Part shown: piece by piece, positions 29,376 to 40,460 of the stretch
How positions within the stretch are numbered: position 1 is the first letter of the stretch
How the letters are laid out: each line of letters opens with the position of its first letter
NCBI GenBank assembly: GCA_027452205.1
Contig: DAIDGV010000003.1
Span: 201,399-265,398 of the forward strand
Source of the DNA: a candidate division FCPU426 bacterium
GTDB lineage: Bacteria; Oederibacteriota; Muellerivitia; Muellerivitales; Muellerivitaceae
Length of the DNA stretch: 64,000 bases
Direction of reading: 5' to 3'
Made by a program: the position numbers and the translations under genes
The notes under the pieces: model-generated
What the model was told of the DNA's origin: nothing
Database searches by the model: none
Seen by the model: the letters and a program-made list of their open reading frames with translations, nothing else

Positions 29376-30680
29376 TCAATACAAGCTTCCTGGATACCGA
29401 TCGCCCAATATTCGGTAATCCTTTTGTTGGATCGCCTGGACCACCTTGTCTCTTTCAGGATAAAGCGAGTTGGTATCCTTGACCGCCAAGGCATACCCCA
29501 ACTGGAAATAGACACAAAGTACAAGAACAACCTTTGTCAAAATGCCGAGAAGTTTATTTTGGGCATACCGGACATAACATTCGGAGGAATAGATCATCAA
29601 AAGTGGAAAAAGGATGTAGTAAATATGGGCCAAGGGCTTTTTGACCGTGAACCAAAAACTGATATAAACCATCACAAAACCGAAAAGCACCAACAATTTC
29701 AAGGGCCTCCAGCTTTTATTCGTCAATCTTTTCCTGAAAAATTCAATCAAAAGAACGAATGGTTGCAGCAAACCTAATATCCATAAGATCGCGCCCGGCG
29801 CTAAAAGCCACCAATGATCCAACAAAAAGCCGACCCGTGCCTTGGTGTTGATCTCGATGAACCGAGGCATCTCAAAACAAGGTATTGAAAGGTACCTGGC
29901 AAAAATAACGAACCCGTTTTTGACGTTATCCCAATTCAATCCAGAAGCGAACCCGGCCGCCGCCCCGCCTTTTGAAAGCCCATATTGAAGATAAGTTGGG
30001 ATGATCAAAGCCGCCATTGGCAACATTCCCACCAAAACCCACAACAAACTTCCAAAACGGCGTTCCCCAAATTGATAGAACAAAGAGATCATCAACAAAG
30101 GAACGAAGTAGATATAAGAAGCGTGGAACTGCATGGCCCAGCCAACGGCAAATCCCATGAGGACATTCGCAAGGCTGATGGGTACAAGGCCTAACCGGGT
30201 CATCGGAAGGGTTTCCAAAAGTCCAACAAAGAAAAGACAAGCCGACAGTAACAAATAACACGGATTCAAGATCGAAGTGCTGTAATTCAGACACCAGGGA
30301 CTTGAGCCGATCCAGACCAAGAGCCAACCAAAGGATAACTCCCGTGAACGTCGGGCGATATACCAAGCCAACAAGACAACCCCTGCCATCGATAAAATGT
30401 TGAGCGTGATATAGGGCGCTTCCGGAATAGGCAAGAGTTTGAACGAGAGTCCGATCAACAAACCTTCAAGCGCCCCAGGGATCTGGCTGGAATAGCTCGA
30501 TTCAGCCCCCGTTAGATCCGGACCGAAATAGGGCCAAGTCTGGGTGGTGTATTGTTTTAGACCGATGAGGTAGGTCTGCTTTTGGTCGTACTCTTGCCAC
30601 TTCGCGTTAAAAAGACCGAATAGAAGGCGGAAAAGAAAAAGAGCTAGGATCAAGAAGACCCAGCTGGATTTAAAGGTCAT
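29376..30680 (-). CDS. polytopic integral membrane protein, possibly a GT-C-type glycosyltransferase (uncertain)
   Basis: About 11 predicted TM helices with large loops. ORF track starts at 30722 inside the tmRNA-derived repeat, so I take the next in-frame ATG at 30680 (MTFKSSWVFLILALF). Confidence 0.45.
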   Translation of the reverse strand: MTFKSSWVFLILALFLFRLLFGLFNAKWQEYDQKQTYLIGLKQYTTQTWPYFGPDLTGAESSYSSQIPGALEGLLIGLSFKLLPIPEAPYITLNILSMAGVVLLAWYIARRSRELSFGWLLVWIGSSPWCLNYSTSILNPCYLLLSACLFFVGLLETLPMTRLGLVPISLANVLMGFAVGWAMQFHASYIYFVPLLMISLFYQFGERRFGSLLWVLVGMLPMAALIIPTYLQYGLSKGGAAAGFASGLNWDNVKNGFVIFARYLSIPCFEMPRFIEINTKARVGFLLDHWWLLAPGAILWILGLLQPFVLLIEFFRKRLTNKSWRPLKLLVLFGFVMVYISFWFTVKKPLAHIYYILFPLLMIYSSECYVRYAQNKLLGILTKVVLVLCVYFQLGYALAVKDTNSLYPERDKVVQAIQQKDYRILGDRYPGSLY

Positions 30681-30694
30681 GACCTGTCCAAAAT

Positions 30695-30725
30695 TTGATG
30701 AAGGCGGTGGGAATCGACCCACGGA
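30695..30725. repeat. partial direct repeat of the tmRNA 3' end (T-arm/acceptor), att-scar-like
   Basis: tttgatgaaggcggtgggaatcgacccacgg here versus ttttggtggaggcggtgggaatcgaacccacgt at 30817-30850 (the genuine tmRNA 3' end). About 27/31 identical, same orientation, 124 nt apart. Confidence 0.5.
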
Positions 30726-30819
30726 ACATTCACAGGGGAAAGGCCCCCTGTGTACCCCTTTAACATCCGGAAAAACTCCCGTTTTCCCGAACCCTTTCCC
30801 GGTGGGTTCGGCGGAATTT

Positions 30820-31164
30820 TGGTGGAGGCGGTGGGAATCGAACCCACGTCCTGAAAATCATCCGTAATGGGCACTACGTGCGTAGCTCAAGAAAGAGTCT
30901 CACCCCCCGCTCGCTCTCGAGCGGCCGGCGGAGAGCCAGTCCCATTGTTTCTCGCCCGGCCATCGGTGGAACAACCCTGATCCGGACCAACCTATTGCTT
31001 ACGTTCCATCCCCCTAATAGGTATCAGAGGCGAAACGCTTACCGCATTAAGCGGCGAGAGCTAACTGGTTATCGGCAGTTATACCGTTTGCCATGTTTGA
31101 CGAGCGATGGCGTCCTCGACACGCACCCAAAAGTTCAGCTTCCCAGTCGAAACCGGTCGCCCCC
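30820..31164 (-). ncRNA. ssrA: tmRNA (ssrA), ~345 nt
   Basis: Minus strand reads 5'-GGGGGCGACCGGTTTCGACTGGG...GGTTCGATTCCCACCGCCTCCACCA-3'. 7-bp acceptor stem with G3:U. tRNA-Ala-like T-arm and encoded CCA. Internal ORF GCA AAC GGT ATA ACT GCC GAT AAC CAG TTA GCT CTC GCC GCT TAA gives tag ANGITADNQLALAA (resume codon inferred). Confidence 0.88.
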
Positions 31165-31200
31165 TCCTTTACAAAGGTGTTAATGAACAACGGGGCTACT

Positions 31201-31500
31201 TTAAGGCTTTAAGCCTAATTTCTCAAGGATAGCCGGTATATCGGCCAATTCAGTGTGCTTGAGCCACAAATTATCAGGCTGGATCAAAACATTGGCACCT
31301 TCTTCACAAACGTCCAGACAACCAGACTTGACCACTCGTATCTCTTTCGCCATGCCCGCCGACTTGACCGCTTCCTTTAGTGAAGCGTGTAATTCCTTAC
31401 CGCAAAAGTCTTTCCCACATGAGACCCGGGAACCATCCAAACGTTCATTGGTACAAACAAGGACATGTTTTTTGAACTGCGGTTCCGCCTGTTCCATCAC
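31201..31500 (-). CDS. thioredoxin-like [2Fe-2S] ferredoxin
   Basis: 99 aa. Cys ligands in [20 protein letters not shown] ... GCLDVCEEG pattern typical of the NuoE/Fd4-like 2Fe-2S family. Confidence 0.65.
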   Translation of the reverse strand: MMEQAEPQFKKHVLVCTNERLDGSRVSCGKDFCGKELHASLKEAVKSAGMAKEIRVVKSGCLDVCEEGANVLIQPDNLWLKHTELADIPAILEKLGLKP

Positions 31501-31910
31501 TCTCCCATCACTTTCACGATGACCCGTTTTTTTCGCCGGCCATCGAATTCCGCGTAATAAATTTGCTGCCAGGTCCCAAAATCAAGCTTACCCTTGGTGA
31601 TCGGAACGACCACTTCATGATGGACCAAAATGCTTTTCAAATGAGAGTCGCCGTTATCCTCACCGGTTTGGTGATGTTTGTAATCCGGGTTGAAGGGCGC
31701 GAGCTTTTCAAGCCACTCGTCGATATCCTCGATCAAACCTTCTTCAGCGTCGTTCACATAGACCCCGGCGGTGATATGCATGGCCGAAACCAGTGCCATT
31801 CCCTCTTGCACGCCGCTTTTGCGCACAGCTGCTTCAACTTCATTGGTGATATTGATGTAGTCCCTATGCTTGACCGTCTCGAACCAAAGATATTCGGTTA
31901 GAACTTTCAT
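31497..31910 (-). CDS. yjbQ: YjbQ/UPF0047 family protein (secondary thiamine-phosphate synthase-like)
   Basis: 137 aa. [26 protein letters not shown]...[15 protein letters not shown] matches the UPF0047 family pattern. Overlaps the ferredoxin gene by 4 nt. Confidence 0.75.
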   Translation of the reverse strand: MKVLTEYLWFETVKHRDYINITNEVEAAVRKSGVQEGMALVSAMHITAGVYVNDAEEGLIEDIDEWLEKLAPFNPDYKHHQTGEDNGDSHLKSILVHHEVVVPITKGKLDFGTWQQIYYAEFDGRRKKRVIVKVMGE

Positions 31911-31928
31911 TCTTTAACTCCACATTAT

Positions 31929-32609
31929 CTATCTAAACACCGAACGTTTCTTTTGATAAACACCGCTTTTTCTTGGAGTCTTTTTTATTAATTTAAATTC
32001 CTCAAGTATGTTCAGAACATCATCAGAGTCATCTTTTCTTAACCGAGTTCCTCTAATTAAAGATTTCACGTTATCGTAATTAACAATGTCGTGATCTCGA
32101 AAATGAGCCATAACTCGCAAAGCCAACAGACGCTTCTTTTCGTGTTTGGAATCGCTATCAGGAATTTTCTTCCAAATCCTTTTAACCCAATACTCTTTAG
32201 TGAGAATATTTTGAACAAGCGCATCACCCAATCCAGCATCCACTTTATAATCATAAGACGTGTATTCCAATCGTTGCAAACCACGGATATCAGACGGCAC
32301 TTCATTAGATCTTCTCGTATTCAAAAGAATGTAATAATTTTTACCTGGTGAACTTTTCAATCCTTCGGCCAACCCCAATTCTAAAGCAACATTTGGGTTC
32401 CAATTAGAGAGATCAAAAATCGAATAATCAGCCGTGTTAATACTCGACTTCATTACCTTCAATAGATGCTTAGTTTGAACATCGGTATTTCCGTAAATAA
32501 CTTCGAAAGGTAATTCTTTAAATATTTTTCTGAATTTTTTTGCAGGAAATCTACCGCTAAAAGGATGGCCCACAAAAACTTTTGGCATTCTGGTACGAAC
32601 ACGAGCCAT
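31929..32609 (-). CDS. AT-rich gene: N-terminal TIR-like / nucleoside 2-deoxyribosyltransferase-like domain plus basic C-terminal region (function unknown)
   Basis: KVFVGHPF...FEVIYGNTD...ADYSIFDLSNWNPNVALELGLAEG resembles the flavodoxin-fold NDT/TIR-like pattern (E-hG-hA motif). C-terminal 90 aa is K/R-rich. Local GC is about 37% against about 52% for the window. Confidence 0.4.
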   Translation of the reverse strand: MARVRTRMPKVFVGHPFSGRFPAKKFRKIFKELPFEVIYGNTDVQTKHLLKVMKSSINTADYSIFDLSNWNPNVALELGLAEGLKSSPGKNYYILLNTRRSNEVPSDIRGLQRLEYTSYDYKVDAGLGDALVQNILTKEYWVKRIWKKIPDSDSKHEKKRLLALRVMAHFRDHDIVNYDNVKSLIRGTRLRKDDSDDVLNILEEFKLIKKTPRKSGVYQKKRSVFR

Positions 32610-32628
32610 ACGTTTTCCTTTGGTAAAT

Positions 32629-33036
32629 CTAAATTATCGATTCTTCATCGAATTGTTCTTCGGCATTGAGCACCCAAGAACGCATCGAGGCGAATTTACC
32701 TTTTTGAATGGACATGATGATGTAGGAAAAACCCGGCCAGGCGGCCTGACGGTCTGTCTCGGAGGCTTTATCCGGATGGTCCGGGTGCGAGTGGAAGATA
32801 CCGATGACATCCAACCCCTTTTGCCGGGCCAAAGCTTCTCCTTTGAGGTAATCCTTAGGGTCCATGTCATAGCGGGTCTCGGGCTTGAGCTTGTTCAGGT
32901 TACCGCATTCGAACACTTCCGTCACCAAACGAACATTCCCGGCCTCGCCGAACATAAGACCGCAGATCTCATGTGGGAAACCCTTTTCACCGATAGCGAT
33001 CATTTGATCCTTTGCGTTTTTTTCAAATTTAATCAC
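32629..33036 (-). CDS. JAMM/MPN+ metallopeptidase, Mec+ (CysO-cysteine peptidase)-like
   Basis: 135 aa. E..CGLMFG ... FHSHPDHPDKASETD gives the E-x(n)-HxH-x7-S-xxD JAMM motif. Overall resembles Mec+ from mycobacterial-type CysO/CysM clusters. Confidence 0.75.
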   Translation of the reverse strand: MIKFEKNAKDQMIAIGEKGFPHEICGLMFGEAGNVRLVTEVFECGNLNKLKPETRYDMDPKDYLKGEALARQKGLDVIGIFHSHPDHPDKASETDRQAAWPGFSYIIMSIQKGKFASMRSWVLNAEEQFDEESII

Positions 33037-33044
33037 ATTAGCTC

Positions 33045-34028
33045 CTAAAAGCTTCCCGTTTGTAATCTTTCACGATTGTAACGATTAGATATTTTTATCG
33101 ATCTAGGACAAAACGAGCTTTCTAAATCTAAGTTTTTAATTTTTTTAAGTCTTTCAAAATAACTAGTTGCTTGATCGGTTTTCCCGAGGTTGTTCGAAAT
33201 TTCCCAACAATTGGCAATTGCATCAAAATCATTAGGGCTTTTTTTCAGATAGTCATCAAAGCCTTTTAACGACTGTAATCTAATTTTTTCAATTTCTTCT
33301 TTCTTGTCCGTCGAGAATTGAGAATCATACAAGTCTAAACACTTAACAAAGTCATCTTTAACCTCTTCGAATCGCTCCCCGTTCCATTTACAAACCACTT
33401 CACGAAAAATTTCCGTTGAGTTTCCTGCTGCGCCTACAAAAGCACCTCGGTAACTGATTAGAATCGGTTTCCCGCTTCTCTCCTCAACCGAACTCACACC
33501 ACCATATCCACTTGCCTCAAAAACACTTGAAAATTTCGATCCATCGTATTTAAAAACATTTACCTTTGTACTGTTGGCGCCAACCAGTGAATAAAAAATG
33601 AGCTGTTTTTTTCCAGCATCAATTAAATCGAACAATTCCATGTTCTGGAAACCTTCCCCCAGCGTCTCTACTTGTACTAGTTTCCATTTTTTGTCGGATA
33701 GCTTGTAATAACAAAAACCATCAAATATCAGCAATCCCGATTTGCTGTAAGCATTAATTAAAACGATAAGATCAGAATCCGGTCCCGAATAACTAAAAAC
33801 TCCACTAGATACAACTTTATATTCGTCAACCTGGTTGCCATCATCCGACTTTTCTCCAAGATATGGCTCCAGTTTGAGTGCGCCTGCCATCACATTAAAT
33901 GTCCGTCCATTTTTTAAGACAACAGGCAAATCGATTGTTTCCTTAGGGAAGCCCGGGCCGACGCAAAGAAAAAGGAACAACATTAAATAAAAAATTCTTC
34001 GTTGATAAAAACCAGTCTCAACCTTCAT
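33045..34028 (-). CDS. AT-rich hypothetical secreted protein / lipoprotein
   Basis: Signal with Cys (LMLFLFLCVGPGFP). No recognisable catalytic motif. Start overlaps the cysteine synthase stop by 4 nt; ends 8 nt before the JAMM start. Confidence 0.45.
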   Translation of the reverse strand: MKVETGFYQRRIFYLMLFLFLCVGPGFPKETIDLPVVLKNGRTFNVMAGALKLEPYLGEKSDDGNQVDEYKVVSSGVFSYSGPDSDLIVLINAYSKSGLLIFDGFCYYKLSDKKWKLVQVETLGEGFQNMELFDLIDAGKKQLIFYSLVGANSTKVNVFKYDGSKFSSVFEASGYGGVSSVEERSGKPILISYRGAFVGAAGNSTEIFREVVCKWNGERFEEVKDDFVKCLDLYDSQFSTDKKEEIEKIRLQSLKGFDDYLKKSPNDFDAIANCWEISNNLGKTDQATSYFERLKKIKNLDLESSFCPRSIKISNRYNRERLQTGSF

Positions 34029-34975
34029 TCCCAGACCCTTGTCGAAAGATATTTGTCCCCCGAATCCGGGAAGACGGTCACGATGCAGCCTTGTTTGATT
34101 TCTCTAGCTAAACGCGAGCAAGAGGCCATAGCACCACCGCTAGAAAGGCCCACCAAAAGACCTTCTTCCCGGGCCAAGCGCTTGACCATTTCATAAGACT
34201 CTTCGGTATCCATCGGGATCTTCCGGTCATAAACTTTTGGATCGTAAATACCCGGTACTATGGAAGAGGCCATGTGTTTAAGACCTTCCAAACCATGGAA
34301 AGGCTCGGCGGGTTCCAAAGCGACGATCTGTACCGACGGTTTCAATTCTTTGATCCGACGTCCAGTGCCCATCAAGGTACCACTGGTACCGATACCCGCA
34401 GCGAAATGGGTGATCCTGTCTCCCATATATTCCATGATCTCCTCGGCGGTGGTAAGACTATGTGCCTTGGGGTTTTCGGGATTGTTGTACTGGTCCGGTA
34501 CAAAATAGCGGTTGGGGTCTTTTTTATATAGTTCGCGGGCCAGCAGAATGGCTCCATCAGAACCGTCCATCTCGCTGGAATAGTGCACTTCGGCGTTATA
34601 GGATTTAAGGATACGTTTGCGTTCCTCGCTGCAATTGGCCGGAATGGCCAAAACCACTTTATAGCCCAAGGCCGCGCCGATCATGGCCAGGGCGATGCCC
34701 GTGTTACCCGAAGTCGCGTCCAAGATGCACTTGTCCTTGGTCAACTTGCCCGACTTGATGCCTTCTTGGATCATCCGCAAGGCCGGGCGGTCCTTGACCG
34801 AACCGCCGGGGTTGAACGATTCCATCTTGGCATAGATCTCCACCCCAGGAACATTATGCAAATGAACCTGTATAAGTGGCGTATGACCGACCAATTCGGT
34901 CACCGATTCATAGATGCGGGGTGGGTTTTGAAAAGCAGTCGCCAAAAGAGCGCTCCAAAAAGAAAAGGCCTTCAA
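34025..34975 (-). CDS. PLP-dependent cysteine synthase, CysK/CysM family
   Basis: PLP-lysine motif SVKDRPALRMI. TSGNTGIALA. GIGTSGTLMG glycine loop. 316 aa. Confidence 0.85.
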   Translation of the reverse strand: MKAFSFWSALLATAFQNPPRIYESVTELVGHTPLIQVHLHNVPGVEIYAKMESFNPGGSVKDRPALRMIQEGIKSGKLTKDKCILDATSGNTGIALAMIGAALGYKVVLAIPANCSEERKRILKSYNAEVHYSSEMDGSDGAILLARELYKKDPNRYFVPDQYNNPENPKAHSLTTAEEIMEYMGDRITHFAAGIGTSGTLMGTGRRIKELKPSVQIVALEPAEPFHGLEGLKHMASSIVPGIYDPKVYDRKIPMDTEESYEMVKRLAREEGLLVGLSSGGAMASCSRLAREIKQGCIVTVFPDSGDKYLSTRVWE

Positions 34976-35002
34976 GCCAAAGCTTGAAGGCCTTTTTCGG
35001 CA

Positions 35003-36887
<1,885 letters not shown>

Positions 36888-36979
36888 GTGGAACTCCCGA
36901 ATGAGCGTTGTACTACCGGCGGATTATACACGAGGGATTGATGGTATCAAAAGAGAAACAACCTAGGGGTGGGGCTTCT

Positions 36980-37840
36980 TTAGGGGACGATTTCGGTCCC
37001 CACACCTTGCGGGGTGAAGATTTCCAACAAAAGCGCATGGGGTAAGGTGCCATTGATGATATGGGTCTTGTGGACCCCTGATTTAACTGCGTGTAAACAA
37101 GCTTCCACTTTAGGAATCATCCCCCCTGAAATGACGCCGGATTTGACGAGCTTCGGCACATCCTTGGCTTTAATGCTCGACATCAAGCTCTTGGGGTCTT
37201 CTTTCTTTTTGCAAATTCCCGGAACATCGGTCAAAAACACCAACTTTTCGGCTTTCAAAGCCCCCGCGATGGCTCCCGCCGCTTCATCCGCGTTCACGTT
37301 ATAGGTCTTGCCATCCGGCCCCATTCCCAGGGGGGCGATGACCGGGATGAATTGTTCTTTGTCCAGGATATCCAGAACCGCCGTGTTCACTTTGGAGACC
37401 TTGCCCACATACCCCAGGTCCTTCCCCGATTTGGACTTGGCCTTGGTCGCCTGGAGCAAGGCCCCATCCTTGCCTGAAAGACCGACCGCCTGTCCGCCTA
37501 ATTGCTGGATCGTGCTGACCAGTTCTTTATTGATCTTCCCGCCCAGGACCATCTCGACCACTTCAATGGTCGAAAGATCGGTCACCCGAAGTCCATCCAC
37601 AAAGGTGGACTTGATACCCAGTTTCTCGGTCAACCGGGTAATGTCTTTACCGCCGCCATGCACCACCACTGGGCGCATCCCGACGAATTTCATGAGCACG
37701 ATATCTTGCAAAGTGTTCTTCAACTCTTCAGCGCCCGAGCGGGTGCTGCCACCATACTTCACCACTACCGTGGTGCCGTACCATTGGCGGATATAAGGAA
37801 AAGCCTCGATCAGAATGTTGGCTTTGTCGACCGGTTGCAT
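36980..37840 (-). CDS. argB: acetylglutamate kinase
   Basis: VVKYGGS...VVVHGGG amino-acid-kinase motifs, 286 aa. Confidence 0.88.
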   Translation of the reverse strand: MQPVDKANILIEAFPYIRQWYGTTVVVKYGGSTRSGAEELKNTLQDIVLMKFVGMRPVVVHGGGKDITRLTEKLGIKSTFVDGLRVTDLSTIEVVEMVLGGKINKELVSTIQQLGGQAVGLSGKDGALLQATKAKSKSGKDLGYVGKVSKVNTAVLDILDKEQFIPVIAPLGMGPDGKTYNVNADEAAGAIAGALKAEKLVFLTDVPGICKKKEDPKSLMSSIKAKDVPKLVKSGVISGGMIPKVEACLHAVKSGVHKTHIINGTLPHALLLEIFTPQGVGTEIVP

Positions 37841-40221
37841 CAGTCAAAACTCCCCAAGGCGGGCGGCGGAGCCACCGGCGCCGCGATAGCGGGCGTGCCA
37901 TCCTCTTTGTTCGAGAATTCTTTGTAATCGCATTCCTTGTTAGGACAGGCGATGTGAGGTCCGAAGGTCTTATTGTACTTTTCGATCAAATAGGGCGTCG
38001 CGCACTGGGGACAAGCGCGGTTGACCGGCTTGTTCCAGGACACGAATTTGCAATCCGGGTATTTGTTGCAACCATAGAAAACACCCCGATGGGATCCACG
38101 GGAAACAACTTCCCCACCGCAGCCCAAAGGACAGGGAATCTTGAGTGAGATCGGCTTTGCTGTTTTACACTCAGGGTAACGTGAGCAAGCCAAAAATTTC
38201 CCAAAACGCCCCATCTTCACCACCATCGCCGCGCCGCAATTAGGGCACTTCTCGTCGGTAATGGCGTCGGTGTCGATCTGAATGGACCCATCCGTCGTTT
38301 CTTTCAGGCTCTTGGTGTTCTGGCAGGCCGGATACTGGGAACAAGCCAGGAATTTTCCGTGGCGACCCCACTTCACGATCATCATCTTTCCGCACTTCTC
38401 GCAAGGGATGTCCGTGACCTGTTCGATCTTGGCCTTTTCCTCACCGATCAACTTTTCCGCTTCGGCCAAGGTATCTTTAAAAGGAATATAGAATTCGCCG
38501 ATGACATTGCGCCATTCCATTTCGCCGGATTCAACCTGGTCAAGTTGGCCTTCCATTTTGGCCGTGAACGCGTAATCCAAGATCACCGGGAAGTTCTTCA
38601 TGAGGATCTCAAGGACCAAGTTGCCCAATTCAGCCAGAAAGAACCGGCCGCCTTCTTTTTTGACATACCGTCTCGCCTGAATGGTTTCCAAGGTGGGCGC
38701 GTAAGTGGACGGACGACCGATTCCCATTTCTTCCAAGGTCTTGATCATCGAAGCGTCGGTGAAGCGCGGAGGAGGTTGAGTAAAATGCTGTTCCATGACC
38801 GGCTCTTTCCAGGTCATGCCTTGCCCTTCTTCGATTCCCGACAATTTATTGGCGGTCACTTGCTTGGTTTGTTCCTCGTCGTTGCCCGGTTCACTGCCTT
38901 CTTTTTTGTCTTCATCGGCGGCTTCTTCATAAACCTTGGTAAAACCATCGAACACCGTGGCGGTGCCGGTAGCCCTAAAGGTCACGTTATCGCCGGTGAT
39001 TTCAACGCTGGTCTCGCGGTACTGGGCCGAGGCCATTTGGCTGGCCATGAAATCTTCCCAGACGAGCTGGTACAGCTTGAATTGTTCGGGGGTCAGAAAG
39101 GTCTTCATCTTTTCGGGCGTGCGATAAGCCGAGGTCGGACGGATCGCTTCGTGGGCGTCTTGGATCTTGTTCTTGCTGGCCGCATCACGGTCACCCGGGC
39201 TTAAATATTGCTCACCGTAGGTTTCTTTGATGTATTTGGCGGCCTCGGCCTTGGCATCGGGCGAGATACGCTTCGAGTCCGTACGCATATAGGTAATTAA
39301 CCCGACCGGCGCGGATTCACCGATCTCAATACCTTCATATAAACCCTGGGCAATGGACATGGTCTTCCGGGCCCCAAAGCGCAATTGCTTATAGGACTCC
39401 TGTTGCATCTTGGAAGTCGTAAAGGGCATCGGTGGTTTTTTGGACTTATCGCGGTGTAACACCGCCGAAACTTTAAAATCAGCCTTTTCGACCCGCTTCA
39501 CCAAAGCTTCGCTTTCGGCCTGGGTCTTCAATTCCGGCTTTTGGCCATCTACCTTGGCCAGCTTGGTACGGATGGTCTTTTCCTTCTCGGTCAAGAAGTC
39601 CGCTTCCAAGGTCCAATACTCAACGGGCACAAAACTTCCGATCTCTTTTTCACGCTCATAGATCAACCGAAGGGCAACGGACTGCACCCGGCCCGCGGAC
39701 AACCCACGACGGATGTTCTTCCATAAAAGAGGACTGATACCGTAACCCACTAACCGATCCAATACCCGGCGCGCTTGCTGGGCATTGACCATGTTCAGGT
39801 CGACCTGGCTTGGCGTCTTGATGGCTTCTTCAATAGCTGGCTTGGTGATCTCATTCAAACGCAACCGATAGATCTGCGGGACCTTCTTAGGCATAGCCGC
39901 GAGAAAGTTACCGATATGCCATCCGATCGCTTCCCCTTCACGGTCCGGGTCAGCGGCCAGATAGACCACACTGGCTTTCTGTGCGGCCTTTTTAAGTTCC
40001 TTGATAATGGAGGCTTTACCCCGGATCGGGATGTACTGAGGCTCGAAGTTATCCTCAACATTGACTCCCAGCTTGCTCTTCGGCAGGTCGATCAAATGCC
40101 CTTTGGAGGCCAGCACCACATAATCGGACCCTAAGTATTTGTTGATGGTCTTGGCCTTGGAAGGCGATTCGACGATGACTAGTTTTTTGCTTTCTTTGAC
40201 TTTCGCCTTGGCTTTGGCCAC
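37840..40221 (-). CDS. topA: DNA topoisomerase I with C-terminal zinc-ribbon repeats
   Basis: TOPRIM N-terminus (LVIVESPSKAKTI). Active-site region. Three to four C4 zinc ribbons (CEKCGKMM..C, CPNCGAAM..C, CPLGCGGEV..C). Confidence 0.93.
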   Translation of the reverse strand: MAKAKAKVKESKKLVIVESPSKAKTINKYLGSDYVVLASKGHLIDLPKSKLGVNVEDNFEPQYIPIRGKASIIKELKKAAQKASVVYLAADPDREGEAIGWHIGNFLAAMPKKVPQIYRLRLNEITKPAIEEAIKTPSQVDLNMVNAQQARRVLDRLVGYGISPLLWKNIRRGLSAGRVQSVALRLIYEREKEIGSFVPVEYWTLEADFLTEKEKTIRTKLAKVDGQKPELKTQAESEALVKRVEKADFKVSAVLHRDKSKKPPMPFTTSKMQQESYKQLRFGARKTMSIAQGLYEGIEIGESAPVGLITYMRTDSKRISPDAKAEAAKYIKETYGEQYLSPGDRDAASKNKIQDAHEAIRPTSAYRTPEKMKTFLTPEQFKLYQLVWEDFMASQMASAQYRETSVEITGDNVTFRATGTATVFDGFTKVYEEAADEDKKEGSEPGNDEEQTKQVTANKLSGIEEGQGMTWKEPVMEQHFTQPPPRFTDASMIKTLEEMGIGRPSTYAPTLETIQARRYVKKEGGRFFLAELGNLVLEILMKNFPVILDYAFTAKMEGQLDQVESGEMEWRNVIGEFYIPFKDTLAEAEKLIGEEKAKIEQVTDIPCEKCGKMMIVKWGRHGKFLACSQYPACQNTKSLKETTDGSIQIDTDAITDEKCPNCGAAMVVKMGRFGKFLACSRYPECKTAKPISLKIPCPLGCGGEVVSRGSHRGVFYGCNKYPDCKFVSWNKPVNRACPQCATPYLIEKYNKTFGPHIACPNKECDYKEFSNKEDGTPAIAAPVAPPPALGSFD

Positions 40222-40405
40222 GTTAGGGTCTCCAGGTTTTCAAAATCCGCTGAAAAAAAGGCTTTTTGAGCATTGGCGCAAGAATAGGCATGGTTTTTAG
40301 CTTTGTCAAGTTTTCAACTCTTTCGGACCCCTCCATCAAGCGTTGAACCTTTACCCTTTTCGGGCGAATTGAGGGAGAATCGGATGCCCGGACAACTCAA
40401 ATAAT

Positions 40406-40433
40406 TTGCGCTGTCTCGACAAACGGATACAAT
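40406..40433 (+). promoter_or_regulatory. weak candidate sigma70 promoter (TTGCGC-16-TACAAT) for the small lipoprotein gene
   Basis: TTGCGC at 40406-40411, 16-nt spacer, TACAAT at 40428-40433, in the divergent topA/lipoprotein intergenic region. Confidence 0.25.
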
Positions 40434-40460
40434 AACCTTACTTTGATTACCGGGTGGGAC

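Noticed and set aside
30731-30752. Perfect 8-bp hairpin (cacagggg aaaggc cccctgtg) between the tmRNA gene and its partial repeat
   Set aside because: No U-tract on either strand, so not a convincing intrinsic terminator. It may be part of the precursor trailer or of the duplicated segment; left as part of the tmRNA-repeat finding.
30677-31183. ORFs 30677..30874(-), 30679..30867(+), 30878..31183(+)
   Set aside because: They overlap the tmRNA gene and its downstream repeat. The RNA call explains the region.
30695-34028. Intact integrated island at the tmRNA site
   Set aside because: No integrase, excisionase or second full-length att copy was found. Only a short partial duplicate and compositionally atypical genes. 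Treated as a scar or remnant rather than a mobile element.
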